NCBI GenBank assembly: GCA_045646345.1 | Contig: JAZRKN010000001.1 | Span: forward strand, 233,531-297,530 | Direction of reading: 5' to 3' | From: Candidatus Scatovivens sp. | GTDB taxonomy: Bacteria; Bacillota; Clostridia; TANB77; CAG-508 | Length of the DNA stretch: 64,000 nt | Shown: piece after piece, positions 20,536 to 33,066 of the stretch | Position numbering within the stretch: position 1 is the first letter of the stretch | How the letters are laid out: the number at the start of each line of letters is the position of its first letter | Notes under the pieces: model-generated | The model's input: the letters and a program-made list of their open reading frames with translations, nothing else | Databases searched by the model: none | What the model was told of the DNA's origin: nothing | Translations under genes and position numbers: made by a program

Positions 20536-22299
20536 TTATTTAGTTACACGTTCAATTAAAGCATTCAATTCTTCTTGCAATACTTCAGGAATATAGGTCA
20601 GTTTCGAATAGAAACTCTTGATTTCTTCGATTTCCTGAATCCAATGTTCTTTAGATACAGCAAAAAGTTCTTCTTTAACTTGTTCGGAAAGATTTAGTCC
20701 TTCAAAATCTACACTTTCAGGAACTATTCCAATCTCACACTCATTTGCCGATTCATTATTCTCACAGCGTGCTAAAATCCACTTAAGGACTCTAAAGTTT
20801 TCACCAAATCCAGGCCAAATGAATTTACCATTTTCATCTGTTCTAAACCAGTTAACGTTAAAGATTTTAGGAGCTTTATCACCAAGATATTCTCCCATCT
20901 CAATCCAATGTGCGAAATAATCCGACATGTTATAACCACAGAATGGAAGCATCGCCATCGGATCTCTTCTTGTAACACCAACCTTGCCGGTTGTAGCAGC
21001 AGTTGTTTCAGAACCCATAGAAGATCCTAAGAATACACCGTGATTCCAGTCAAAAGATTCCAAAACCAAAGGCATCAACTTAGCTCTTCTACCCCCAAAA
21101 ATTATTGCTGAAATTGGCACACCATTCGGAGAATTAAAATCCTCATCAATACAAGGACAATTCATTGCCGGTGCTGTAAAACGCGAATTTGGATGTGCTC
21201 CAGTTGTAGTTTCTCGATCTACCCAAGGATTCCCCTTCCAATCCAAAAGATTTTCCGGTGCAACCTTAGTGAGAGATTCCCACCATACAGTATTGTCATC
21301 CATGTTTAACGCAACATTGGTAAAAATTGTATTCTTCTTTGTGGATTCAAGTGCATTAAAATTTGATTTTGCACTTGTTCCTGGTGCCACACCAAAGAAT
21401 CCATATTCAGGATTGATTGCATACAATCTTCCATCAGGACCCTTTCTGAGCCATGCGATATCATCACCAAGCGTTGTTACCTCATATCCTTCATCAAGAT
21501 ATTTTTTTGGAGGCACCAACATCGCCAGATTGGTTTTACCGCATGCCGACGGAAATGCGGCCGCGACATAAACTTTCTCGCCTGAGGGTTTCTTTACCGC
21601 AAGAATCAGCATGTGCTCTGCAAGCCACATTTCATCTCTTGCAAGAACCGATGCAATTCTCAAAGAGAAACATTTCTTTCCCTGAAGAACGTTACCACCA
21701 TATTCTGAATTGAAGCTAAAAATCGCTTTGTCTTCAGGGAAATGGCAAATATAACGTTCCTTTGCATCAAGCGTTCCTACTGAATGAAGTCCTTTGATAA
21801 AGTCATCGCTTGTTCCAAGTTCTTCTAAAACCTTCAAGCCACACCGTGCCATAATGAGCATGCTGAGCACAACGTATCGAGAGTCGGTAAGTTCAAAACC
21901 TATCTTAGAAAACGGAGAACCATAAGGTCCCATCATGTACGGAATGACATACATCGTCTTTCCTTTCATTGATCCATCAAATAAAATCTCCATCTTCTCA
22001 TACATTTCTTGAGCAGGAGCCCAATTGTTTGTAGGACCAGCATTCACCTTATCACTGGTGCAGATAAACGTTCTGTCCTCCACACGAGCCACGTCACTCG
22101 GATCACTGCGTCTGAGATAACAACCAGGCATTTTTTCCTGATTTAATTCATGCAGTTCACCAGCTTCAACAGCTTCTTTGGTCAGTTGTTGCCGTTGGTC
22201 TTCTGATCCATCTATAAGCACAACCTTTTCAGGCTTTGCCAGATGAATCATCTGTTCCAACCATTCTTTTGCTTTCATGCTTTTTACGTGTTCATTCAT
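20536..22299 (-). CDS. pckG: GTP-dependent phosphoenolpyruvate carboxykinase
   Basis: DVARVE, GKKCFSLRIAS, AAAFPSACGKTNLAM, GDDIAW, HPNSRF. Confidence 0.96.
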   Translation of the reverse strand: MNEHVKSMKAKEWLEQMIHLAKPEKVVLIDGSEDQRQQLTKEAVEAGELHELNQEKMPGCYLRRSDPSDVARVEDRTFICTSDKVNAGPTNNWAPAQEMYEKMEILFDGSMKGKTMYVIPYMMGPYGSPFSKIGFELTDSRYVVLSMLIMARCGLKVLEELGTSDDFIKGLHSVGTLDAKERYICHFPEDKAIFSFNSEYGGNVLQGKKCFSLRIASVLARDEMWLAEHMLILAVKKPSGEKVYVAAAFPSACGKTNLAMLVPPKKYLDEGYEVTTLGDDIAWLRKGPDGRLYAINPEYGFFGVAPGTSAKSNFNALESTKKNTIFTNVALNMDDNTVWWESLTKVAPENLLDWKGNPWVDRETTTGAHPNSRFTAPAMNCPCIDEDFNSPNGVPISAIIFGGRRAKLMPLVLESFDWNHGVFLGSSMGSETTAATTGKVGVTRRDPMAMLPFCGYNMSDYFAHWIEMGEYLGDKAPKIFNVNWFRTDENGKFIWPGFGENFRVLKWILARCENNESANECEIGIVPESVDFEGLNLSEQVKEELFAVSKEHWIQEIEEIKSFYSKLTYIPEVLQEELNALIERVTK

Positions 22300-22445
22300 T
22301 TTAAGTCACTCCTTTTTTGTTTATTTACTGCATAGTTAAGCAGTATATTGTGTTCCAATGAATAACACGTTCACATTTTAGCATATTTTTACTCGAAATT
22401 CCACAAAAACGCTGATTTTTCATAGTTTATACACATTTTGCACAC

Positions 22446-22475
22446 AAAAAAGCAGTGATTTTTCATCACTGCTTT
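22446..22475 (-). terminator. Terminator after groEL
   Basis: AAAGCAGTGAT-ttttc-ATCACTGCTTT. Confidence 0.75.
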
Positions 22476-22481
22476 CAAATT

Positions 22482-24153
<1,672 letters not shown>

Positions 24154-24163
24154 TAAGTAGATT

Positions 24164-24460
<297 letters not shown>

Positions 24461-24522
24461 TTATTCCTATTATTTAATCTATGATTATATTTTTATTTTA
24501 TGAATTTTTATCCAAAATAAAA

Positions 24523-24549
24523 TTAGCAGTCATTTTTAGTGACTGCTAA
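24523..24549. promoter_or_regulatory. CIRCE element (HrcA operator), variant
   Basis: TTAGCAGTC-N9-GACTGCTAA just downstream of a SigA promoter (TTGACA 24579-74, 17 bp, TAGAAT 24556-51 on minus). Confidence 0.9.
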
Positions 24550-24598
24550 AATTCTATACCCAATTATTTAAATTGTCAATACTATTTTTTGTTTAATT

Positions 24599-26071
24599 CT
24601 ATTCTTCGTATCCTAAAAGTTTTGGCTCACAAGTTAAGTTAATTCCTAAGCTTTTTATAACTTTTTGCTCCGCTGTTGAAACTACATACGAACTATGAGC
24701 TTCAAGGCCTCTAAGTTTATCTAGTGCTTCCATTGTTTTTTCGATAATAGGATTGTTTTGTTCACAAATACTAAGTGCAATTAAAACTTCTGGTAAATTT
24801 AAACAGTAATTTCTTTTATATGATGTTTTTTGTTTCATTTTAAAAATTGATTCTAAAACTGTTGGAGATAACAAGTATACATCATCCGGAATTCCTGATA
24901 AATGTTTTATTGTATTTATTAAAAGAGCACTCGATGCACTTAATAATTCTGATTCTTTTCCTGTTATAACCTTTCCGTTTTCAAGTTTTATTGCTAAAGC
25001 ATTTACTTTTTCTTGTTCAGCTTTTTCTAATGCATAATTAACAATATCTCTTTCTGATATCGAAATATCTGCATTATTCATTAATTTTTTTATTTTTTCT
25101 ACTGTTACTTCTGTTCCTATTCCTTTTTTATAATCACATTTGGCTGCATAATATCTTCTTATTATTTCCATTCTTGCTGCTTTTTGCGCCACTTCGTCAT
25201 TTACTATACATTGGCTAATCATATTTACTCCCATATCAGTTGGTGATTTGTAAATATCTTCTCCAGAAATTCTTTTTAAAATATTTTTTAATATTGGAAA
25301 TGCAGAAATATCTCTATTATAATTTACAGCTTTTACATTATATTCTTCTAAATGGAATGAGTCTATCATATTCATATCACCCAAATCAGCTGTAGCAGCT
25401 TCATAAGACATATTTACCGGATGCATTAATTGTAAATCCCAAACAGGAAATGTTTCAAATTTTGCATATCCAGCTTTTATTCCTTTTTTATGTTCATGAT
25501 AAAGTTGAGATAAACATGTTCCTAATTTTCCACTATTTGGACCAGGAGCTGTTACAACAACTAATTTCTTTGTTGTTTCAATATAAGGATTTTTTCCATA
25601 TCCCTCTTCACTTACAATCGTTTCAACATCATCTGGATAGCCTTTTGTTGGTGTGTGAATATATACTTTAATATTTTTACTGTTTAAAGTTTGTTTTAAT
25701 TTTTCTACTTCTTCTTGTCCAGTATACATTGTTATAACAACACTATTTATATCTATTCCTAATTTTTGAATATTCTCAATTAATCTTATTAATTCAACAT
25801 CATATCCAATACCATAATCAGCTCTTATTTTATTTTTTTGTATATTGCTCGCATTGATACAAAAAATTATTTCAAGATTTTCTTTGAATTCTTGTAATAA
25901 TCTTATTTTGGCATCCGGACTAAAACCTGGTAATACACGGCTCGCATTAAAATCATCAAAAATCTTGCCACCAAACTCTAAATATAATTTGTTATCAAAC
26001 ATTTTTATTCTTTCTTCAATTTTTTCTTTTTGAATTTTTAAATACTTTTCATTATCAAATGCTATTTCCAC
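24599..26071 (-). CDS. DUF1846 (UPF0371) protein
   Basis: KLYLEFGGKIFDD, VTAPGPNSGK, AGYAKFETFPVW, YKSPTDMGVN. Confidence 0.88.
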   Translation of the reverse strand: MEIAFDNEKYLKIQKEKIEERIKMFDNKLYLEFGGKIFDDFNASRVLPGFSPDAKIRLLQEFKENLEIIFCINASNIQKNKIRADYGIGYDVELIRLIENIQKLGIDINSVVITMYTGQEEVEKLKQTLNSKNIKVYIHTPTKGYPDDVETIVSEEGYGKNPYIETTKKLVVVTAPGPNSGKLGTCLSQLYHEHKKGIKAGYAKFETFPVWDLQLMHPVNMSYEAATADLGDMNMIDSFHLEEYNVKAVNYNRDISAFPILKNILKRISGEDIYKSPTDMGVNMISQCIVNDEVAQKAARMEIIRRYYAAKCDYKKGIGTEVTVEKIKKLMNNADISISERDIVNYALEKAEQEKVNALAIKLENGKVITGKESELLSASSALLINTIKHLSGIPDDVYLLSPTVLESIFKMKQKTSYKRNYCLNLPEVLIALSICEQNNPIIEKTMEALDKLRGLEAHSSYVVSTAEQKVIKSLGINLTCEPKLLGYEE

Positions 26072-26218
26072 TTTTCTTCCTCCCGTTATTACCCATTTTT
26101 TATTCTACAAACAAAAAAACAGATTAAAAAAAGGGTTTTTTTTTTAATCTGTTTCGATTCATTTCTTTCAACAAAAATATTTTAACATTTTATATCTTAA
26201 AATGCAAGTATTTTTAAT

Positions 26219-27337
26219 TTATTTTATTTGATCATCCATACTAGGTATTTCAATTCCTGGCTTTGAAGCTTCTCTTGTAAGTTCAGCTTGCAATGCTTTA
26301 TGTATGTTTATTGCACCTGGAGGAATCAATGCTTTTTCCTCTTTTTTATGATTTCTCACTTGATCTATATAGTCAATATTAAACCCTTGTGATACTGCAT
26401 ATTCTTTTAATTGTTCAAATGTGATTTCTGTATATTCAGGTTCACCTTTATCATTTAATCTAAATGAATTTTCATCTATATATTTACCTTCTTCAGTCAA
26501 TCTAAATCTTTCTCTTTTTAGTTTTCCTTCTTTTAACGAATTTAAAGTTATAACTAATGGATTTTCATCTAAATCGTTTTTATCCAATGCAAAATATATT
26601 TCTTTAAGAACTTTACCTCCATTTTCTTTAACAGATCTTCCTGAACATGAAAGTAAATATTTGTTTTCATCTGAAAAATCATTTCCTTCTTCATAAGATG
26701 TTTTAGATGATAGTAATGCTAAATATGCATCTTTTTCTTCTTCTGTTTTAAATTGTTTTATATTATTTATTTTTTTACCATTATCATCTGAAAATTTTTT
26801 TATCCTATCTATTTCTTCTTGCGTAAAATTACCATGAAGAGCCAATGAACTATCTTTATTATCACTAATAATTGTTTTCATTCTCCCATTAACCATTCTA
26901 GATTCTTGATAAATTGTATTTCCATTTTCATCTATTGTAGTTTTAGAACACGCATTTGGAGTTACAATAATTGTTGTTTGGATTTTTCCATCCGCATCCA
27001 TCTCAGCTATACAAATAAAAGATTGACCATTAGATTCTCCAGATCTTGCCTCATCAGATTGTATTTTTTGAATTTCTTCCGAATTCAAAACTTTACCTTT
27101 AAAATTTTCTACATTTAGCATTATTTCTTTTTTTACATCATCTTTGATTTCTGAAAATCTATTTCCTTGTAGTTCAGGAACTACATCTACTTTTAAACTT
27201 CTATCAAATTCTGAGATTCCTTTTTTCCAATCCACCATATCATTTACGTCTATTTCTTCAATCTCTGAAACACTTGTTAATCTTTTAGTTTTAAAAAATT
27301 TGGCTATTATCTTTTTTATTTCATCTCTTAACCCCAT
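26219..27337 (-). CDS. Orphan hydrophilic protein
   Basis: 372-aa ORF with AGGAG RBS and downstream hairpin 26113-26153. Confidence 0.6.
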   Translation of the reverse strand: MGLRDEIKKIIAKFFKTKRLTSVSEIEEIDVNDMVDWKKGISEFDRSLKVDVVPELQGNRFSEIKDDVKKEIMLNVENFKGKVLNSEEIQKIQSDEARSGESNGQSFICIAEMDADGKIQTTIIVTPNACSKTTIDENGNTIYQESRMVNGRMKTIISDNKDSSLALHGNFTQEEIDRIKKFSDDNGKKINNIKQFKTEEEKDAYLALLSSKTSYEEGNDFSDENKYLLSCSGRSVKENGGKVLKEIYFALDKNDLDENPLVITLNSLKEGKLKRERFRLTEEGKYIDENSFRLNDKGEPEYTEITFEQLKEYAVSQGFNIDYIDQVRNHKKEEKALIPPGAINIHKALQAELTREASKPGIEIPSMDDQIK

Positions 27338-27462
27338 ATAATTTCTCCTATTTTACATTTATATTTTTATTATAATATTGCCTAATTTAAAAATCAAATT
27401 ATTTATTGTATTTTTTTTCACTTTATAATATAATAAAAATATTAAAGTGGAGGGATAATGCC

Positions 27463-28662
27463 ATGAAAAAAAATGTATTTGATAAAGATACTGTAAATAA
27501 GCAATTAATTTTACTTTCAGATTATTTGGAAAATCAAAGATCTGCAAAAATAACATTGCTTTCATATCTTGAAAAAGTTTCAGCGTATATCAGTAATGTT
27601 AATTCTACTGAAGGTACTGAATCTCTTGTTTCATGTTTGAATAATGTTCAAGATATTTTTGATAATATAAAAAATAATATTGATAAATTAATTGAATTAA
27701 AATTATTTATAGAAAATATTTCAAATTCTTCTTCTCTAAATGTAATTGATTTTGAAAAATATAATAATCAAATTATTGAATTAGAAGAAAAAATCAAAAC
27801 AACAAATACATCATATAATACATTTATGGATACTTTAACATCAATTTCTTTAATTGATTTTGGAGAATTAACATACACAAAAATGGAACCAAATATAAAC
27901 TCTAAAATCGATGAAAATGTTCCCCCTACTCAAGTGGTTTTAGAAGGAATTCACAGTTTAGAAGCATTTGAAGAAATGTTAGAAAACTTAGAAACAGAAT
28001 CTACTGTCTCTATTGTAGAGGAACTTCAAACCAATTCAACTGTCGAAAATTCTGAAAATAGTTCTGTTGAGGAAGATTTTACAGAATCACCAAATGAAGA
28101 TATACAAGTTGATATAAACACTGCTTTAGTAACAGATACATCTAGTACCACTGAAGAAAGTATTTCAGAAACTACAACTGAAACTATTGAAAGTGATAAC
28201 AACGAAGAACCTTCTTTAGGAGAAACTTATGATACAGAAGAAGCTTCTATACAAAAATCAATCGAAACAAAACTTTTAGAAAAAACATTATTTATTGATT
28301 ATGAATCAAATATTGCTGTATTACCTTATTCTATATTTGATTTAGAAGCAGTATTTTCAGATAATCCCGAAAATTATTCTTCAATTAACGATATTATTGA
28401 AAAAGAATATACAGTTTCTTTAGATGATTATACTAATAATTCAATTTCAAGATTCAAACAAACATTCAGATTAGCAAAAGAAAAATCAAAACTTTCATTC
28501 TTTGAATCATTAAGTTATGCAAATAAATTATTATTTGAGAGCGAAGTTGAACCAATTATAATTGCAGCTTGTGAATCAATTCATGAATTAGATTGTTACT
28601 TAGAATGTTTAAACAATGATACTATATCATCATTTAATTGTTTTAAAATAATAGATAATTAA
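27463..28662 (+). CDS. Hypothetical protein with an acidic Ser/Thr/Glu-rich centre
   Basis: GGAGG RBS before MKKNVF; terminator 28670-28705. Confidence 0.6.
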   Translation: MKKNVFDKDTVNKQLILLSDYLENQRSAKITLLSYLEKVSAYISNVNSTEGTESLVSCLNNVQDIFDNIKNNIDKLIELKLFIENISNSSSLNVIDFEKYNNQIIELEEKIKTTNTSYNTFMDTLTSISLIDFGELTYTKMEPNINSKIDENVPPTQVVLEGIHSLEAFEEMLENLETESTVSIVEELQTNSTVENSENSSVEEDFTESPNEDIQVDINTALVTDTSSTTEESISETTTETIESDNNEEPSLGETYDTEEASIQKSIETKLLEKTLFIDYESNIAVLPYSIFDLEAVFSDNPENYSSINDIIEKEYTVSLDDYTNNSISRFKQTFRLAKEKSKLSFFESLSYANKLLFESEVEPIIIAACESIHELDCYLECLNNDTISSFNCFKIIDN

Positions 28663-28720
28663 TATATACAAAAAACTCCACTTCATCATAAAAAGTGGAG
28701 TTTTTATTTTTTATTTAAAT

Positions 28721-29746
28721 TTAATTTCCTCTTTGTTTTACAGCTTCATATATAACAATACCAGCTGAAACTGAAGCATTTAAAGATGTTATTTGACCTT
28801 TCATTGGAATTTTTATTAATATATCAGCATTTTCTTTTACAAGTTTGCTCATTCCAAATCCTTCGCTTCCTATTATTATTGCTAAAGGTCCTTTTAAATC
28901 TTGATTATAATATAAAGTATCAGCATCTCCATCAGTTCCAATAACCCAAAGACCAGATTCTTTTAATTTTCTTATTGTTTCATTTAAATTATTTACTCTT
29001 GCAACTTTTACATATGCAGTAGCTCCTGTTGAAACTTTAGCAACAGTACTATTTACAGCTACATTTCTTCTTTTTGGAATTATTATTCCATGAACTCCAG
29101 CTGTTTCTGCAGTTCTTATTATTGATCCAAAATTATGTGGATCTTCAATCCCATCTAATATAATTATAAATGGATCTTCATTTTTATTTTTAGCAAGTTC
29201 TAATATTTCTTCAATTTCACAGTAATTAAATGGAGGTACAACAGCAACAACACCTTGATGATTTTCAGCCATAGTATTTAATTTTTCTGTATCAACTTCA
29301 ACTAAAACAATTCTTTCAGCTCTTGCTCTAGCAATAATTTCATTTATAGAACCATGTTTTTCTCCACGTTCTACATAGATTTTATTAATATCTTTATCTG
29401 ATTTTAATAGTTCTAAAACAGCATTTCTTCCAGCAACAATATCTTCATATTCGCTTATTTCATCATTTTGTCTTCTATCTTCTCCAGATCTTCTTTCTAC
29501 AAATCTTCTATCTGTATCAGCTCTTCTTTCTCCAATTCTTCTATCAAAACCATTTCTTGGAGTTGCTCTTCTTTCTACTTTTCTTCTATCGTCGCCGCTT
29601 CTTCTTTCATCTTGTCTTCTATCTTTTTTTCTTCTTTGCTCTTTTCTTCTGTCTTCGTATGCTTCCATTTTTTCTTGAGCTATTCTTGCTTGTCTATTTC
29701 TTTTATCTCTATAGCTTTGTCTCATTTTATTTTTTCCTCTTTCCAA
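28721..29746 (-). CDS. rlmB: 23S rRNA Gm2251 methyltransferase with Arg-rich N-terminal extension
   Basis: GRNAVLELL, HQGVVA, DPHNFGSIIRTA, SLNASV. Confidence 0.93.
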   Translation of the reverse strand: MERGKNKMRQSYRDKRNRQARIAQEKMEAYEDRRKEQRRKKDRRQDERRSGDDRRKVERRATPRNGFDRRIGERRADTDRRFVERRSGEDRRQNDEISEYEDIVAGRNAVLELLKSDKDINKIYVERGEKHGSINEIIARARAERIVLVEVDTEKLNTMAENHQGVVAVVPPFNYCEIEEILELAKNKNEDPFIIILDGIEDPHNFGSIIRTAETAGVHGIIIPKRRNVAVNSTVAKVSTGATAYVKVARVNNLNETIRKLKESGLWVIGTDGDADTLYYNQDLKGPLAIIIGSEGFGMSKLVKENADILIKIPMKGQITSLNASVSAGIVIYEAVKQRGN

Positions 29747-29800
29747 ATTTAATTACTTACAATTATTATACTTATTATATAAAAATTTTCAATACCTTTT

Positions 29801-31615
29801 TTATTCTTCATCATCTAATTTTAATACAGCTAAAAATGCTTCTTGTGGCACCTCAACGTTTCCTATTTGACGCATTTTCTTTTTACCCTTCTTTTGTTTT
29901 TCAAGAAGTTTTTTCTTTCTTGTAATATCTCCACCATAACATTTTGCTAAAACATCTTTTCTCATTGCAGATAAAGTTTCTCTTGCAATTATTTTTCCAC
30001 CAACTACCGCTTGAATTGGAATCTCAAATAATTGTCTTGGTATAACTTTCTTTAATTTTTCTGCCATCTTTCTTCCTCTTTCATAAGCTGATTGTTTATG
30101 AACTATAAAAGAAAGTGCATCAACTGCTTCATTATTTATATGTAAATCTAATTTTACAAGATCTGCTCTTCTATTTTCTTTAAACTCATAATCTACAGAA
30201 GCATATCCTTTGGTTTTTGATTTTATTGTATCAAAGAAATCATAAATAATTTCATTAAGTGGAAGTTCATATTCAAGGGTTACTCTATTGGCATCTAAAT
30301 ATTTCATATCTATATAAACGCCTCTTCTTTCTTGACAAACTTTCATAACATTACCAACAAACTCTTTTGGAATCATTATTTCAGCTTTCATAATAGGTTC
30401 TTCCATAAAACTAATTTCAGTTTGTGGTGGTAATTCTGTAGGATTATAAAGTTCAATTACCTCTCCTCCAGTTTTATGAACTTGATAAATAACAGATGGT
30501 GCTGTAGTAATTAATCCTATATCAAATTCTCTTTCTAGTCTTTCAATAATTATTTCTAAATGAAGTAATCCTAAAAATCCACATCTAAAACCAAAACCTA
30601 AAGCAGCAGATGTTTCTGGTTCATAATTTAGTGCTGCGTCGTTTAATTTCAATTTTTCTAAAGCTTCTTTTAATGGTTCATATTCACTACCATCTAATGG
30701 ATACATACCACAATAAACCATTGAATTTGCTTCTTTATATCCTGGTAAAGGTTCTTTAGCTGGTTTTGTTTTTAATGTAATTGTATCACCAACATTTAAG
30801 TCAGATACAGTTTTAACACTTGCTGCTATATACCCAACTTCTCCAGCTTCTAGCTTTTCAGCAGGAACATAGCTTCCAGCTCCAAAATATCCAACTTCTG
30901 TAACAGTAAATACTTTTCCTGTAGCCATAAATAATATTTCATCATTTGCTTTTACAGTTCCATTTTTTATTCTCACATAGCTTAAAGCACCTTTATAGTT
31001 ATCATAATACGAATCAAATATTAAGGCTTGAAGTTCTGATTCTGAATCTCCTTGTGGAGCTGGAATATCTGTTACTATTCTTTCTAAAACTTCTTCAACA
31101 TTTAATCCTGTCTTTGCAGAAATACATGGAGCATCTTGGGCAGGAATTCCTATAATATCTTCTATTTCATTTTTTACTTCATCTGGTCTAGCATTTGGAA
31201 GATCTACTTTATTTATTACTGGTAATATTTCTAAATTTCCATCTAATGCAAGATACACATTTGCTAAAGTTTGCGCCTCAACACCTTGTGTGCTATCTAC
31301 CACAAGAATTGCACCTTCACACGCTGCTAAACTTCTTGAAACTTCATAATTAAAGTCAACATGACCAGGAGTATCTATTAAATTAAATTCATAAGTTTCA
31401 CCATTTTTAGCTGTATAATTCATTTTTACAGCTTGAGATTTTATGGTTATTCCTCTTTCTTTCTCAATATCCATATTATCAAGAACTTGAGATTCCATTT
31501 CTCTTTGTGATAATGCACCAGTCATCTCAATTATTCTATCTGCTAATGTTGATTTTCCGTGATCAATATGGGCTATTATACTAAAATTTCTAATGTTTTT
31601 TTGTTTGTCTTGCAT
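29801..31615 (-). CDS. lepA: Elongation factor 4
   Basis: [31 protein letters not shown]. Confidence 0.98.
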   Translation of the reverse strand: MQDKQKNIRNFSIIAHIDHGKSTLADRIIEMTGALSQREMESQVLDNMDIEKERGITIKSQAVKMNYTAKNGETYEFNLIDTPGHVDFNYEVSRSLAACEGAILVVDSTQGVEAQTLANVYLALDGNLEILPVINKVDLPNARPDEVKNEIEDIIGIPAQDAPCISAKTGLNVEEVLERIVTDIPAPQGDSESELQALIFDSYYDNYKGALSYVRIKNGTVKANDEILFMATGKVFTVTEVGYFGAGSYVPAEKLEAGEVGYIAASVKTVSDLNVGDTITLKTKPAKEPLPGYKEANSMVYCGMYPLDGSEYEPLKEALEKLKLNDAALNYEPETSAALGFGFRCGFLGLLHLEIIIERLEREFDIGLITTAPSVIYQVHKTGGEVIELYNPTELPPQTEISFMEEPIMKAEIMIPKEFVGNVMKVCQERRGVYIDMKYLDANRVTLEYELPLNEIIYDFFDTIKSKTKGYASVDYEFKENRRADLVKLDLHINNEAVDALSFIVHKQSAYERGRKMAEKLKKVIPRQLFEIPIQAVVGGKIIARETLSAMRKDVLAKCYGGDITRKKKLLEKQKKGKKKMRQIGNVEVPQEAFLAVLKLDDEE

Positions 31616-31638
31616 ATTTGCTCCTTAAAATTTATTTT

Positions 31639-33042
31639 TTATCTATCATCTCTAACATCTTCTGAATTATTTCTTCGACTTTCTCCAGTTAATATATTAG
31701 GATTATCATTCACATTCTCAATAACTTGTTCAATTGTTGCTTTATTTGCATCTAATACTTTATTTTTGCTTTTCTTTTGTTCATATGCTTTTAACTCATT
31801 ACTCAACACATTATATGAATATTGAAATACTGAATTATCCCACATTCCTTTTTGAACATAATCATCTAAATATAATTGATTTTTCTTTCTTGAAAACTCC
31901 TCATCTTGCATCATATCAGATAATAAGCTTTGTTCTACCTCTACTGGTGACATCCCATTCATTTCTGTCCCTTTACACGCTTTATATGTATCTAATACAA
32001 TCGTTTTCAATGTTTGAAATGCTTCTGTCATTTCTTGGTTTTGAAGCATTGTATTTTTTTCCTCTTCTGTAATAAATCCATTTTTTTCAAAATCATTTAT
32101 AGATGATGTTATTACACTTGCTATTTTTACAAGCCTATAATACATAGCTCCAACATTTTCTTTCGTTGGATTTTTTTGATCTTCACTCATAACTTTCGTT
32201 GCTAACTCAATTAGCGATGCAAAATGCTTCGCATATACTGAAGAAGTCAAATCTGATCTATTCAACAAATCTGATGAGGTTAAAATATCCGCATTAAATC
32301 CTAATCCTGTAAGGAAAGTTTTTTTAATACCATCATCCATTGTTTCTGGTAATTTTGAATCAATAAATTCCTGAAATTCGTTTACATCATTTAAACCATG
32401 GGATAGCAAATCATTTTCAGAAGTTCCTATTATACTCGCCAAAATTGCAGATGTGTTCGTAAGACATTGATACCCTTTGGTCCAAAGAAATCCCGCATTT
32501 CTTTCTTCATCAGTCATATAAGAAATTGTTCTTGTTGTTGCATTTTCTATCATAATCTCGTTCAATCCTCTACCTGACACAAAAACTTCTCCTGAAATAT
32601 CATACGTATCCTCTATTCCATTTGCTTTATTAGAATGTTGTTCAATTGCATGGTATACTTCATGGGTAATACAATGAAAAAAACTTCTACCTATTATACT
32701 TCTTGCATCAATCGCTGGAAGTTTATCAAAATAAAAAGCTGCGTCTTCTTTTAATGATTCGGCGCCTATATATATTTTCTTTTCTTTAAAAAAATAGGCC
32801 GCAGCAGTTCCTTCACCAATTTCTTGTATCTTATTTTCATCTGCCAATTCAAATCCGACTAAGTTTTTTAATAAATTTTCAATTTCATCTCTCATTCTAT
32901 TTACAGAAAAGCCAAATTGAAAAGCTCTTCTTTGAATGATTTCATCCAATATTGGTTTGTAATCTCCAAATCTTTCTTCTGTTACTAATTGATCAAGTAA
33001 TTCTTGAATTTTTGGATTTCTATAATTTCCAATTTCACTCAT
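31639..33042 (-). CDS. Orphan putative gluzincin metallopeptidase
   Basis: THEVYH plus downstream GLNEIMIE. Confidence 0.55.
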   Translation of the reverse strand: MSEIGNYRNPKIQELLDQLVTEERFGDYKPILDEIIQRRAFQFGFSVNRMRDEIENLLKNLVGFELADENKIQEIGEGTAAAYFFKEKKIYIGAESLKEDAAFYFDKLPAIDARSIIGRSFFHCITHEVYHAIEQHSNKANGIEDTYDISGEVFVSGRGLNEIMIENATTRTISYMTDEERNAGFLWTKGYQCLTNTSAILASIIGTSENDLLSHGLNDVNEFQEFIDSKLPETMDDGIKKTFLTGLGFNADILTSSDLLNRSDLTSSVYAKHFASLIELATKVMSEDQKNPTKENVGAMYYRLVKIASVITSSINDFEKNGFITEEEKNTMLQNQEMTEAFQTLKTIVLDTYKACKGTEMNGMSPVEVEQSLLSDMMQDEEFSRKKNQLYLDDYVQKGMWDNSVFQYSYNVLSNELKAYEQKKSKNKVLDANKATIEQVIENVNDNPNILTGESRRNNSEDVRDDR

Positions 33043-33066
33043 ACTTTTTTCTCTTTCTTTCGTTTT

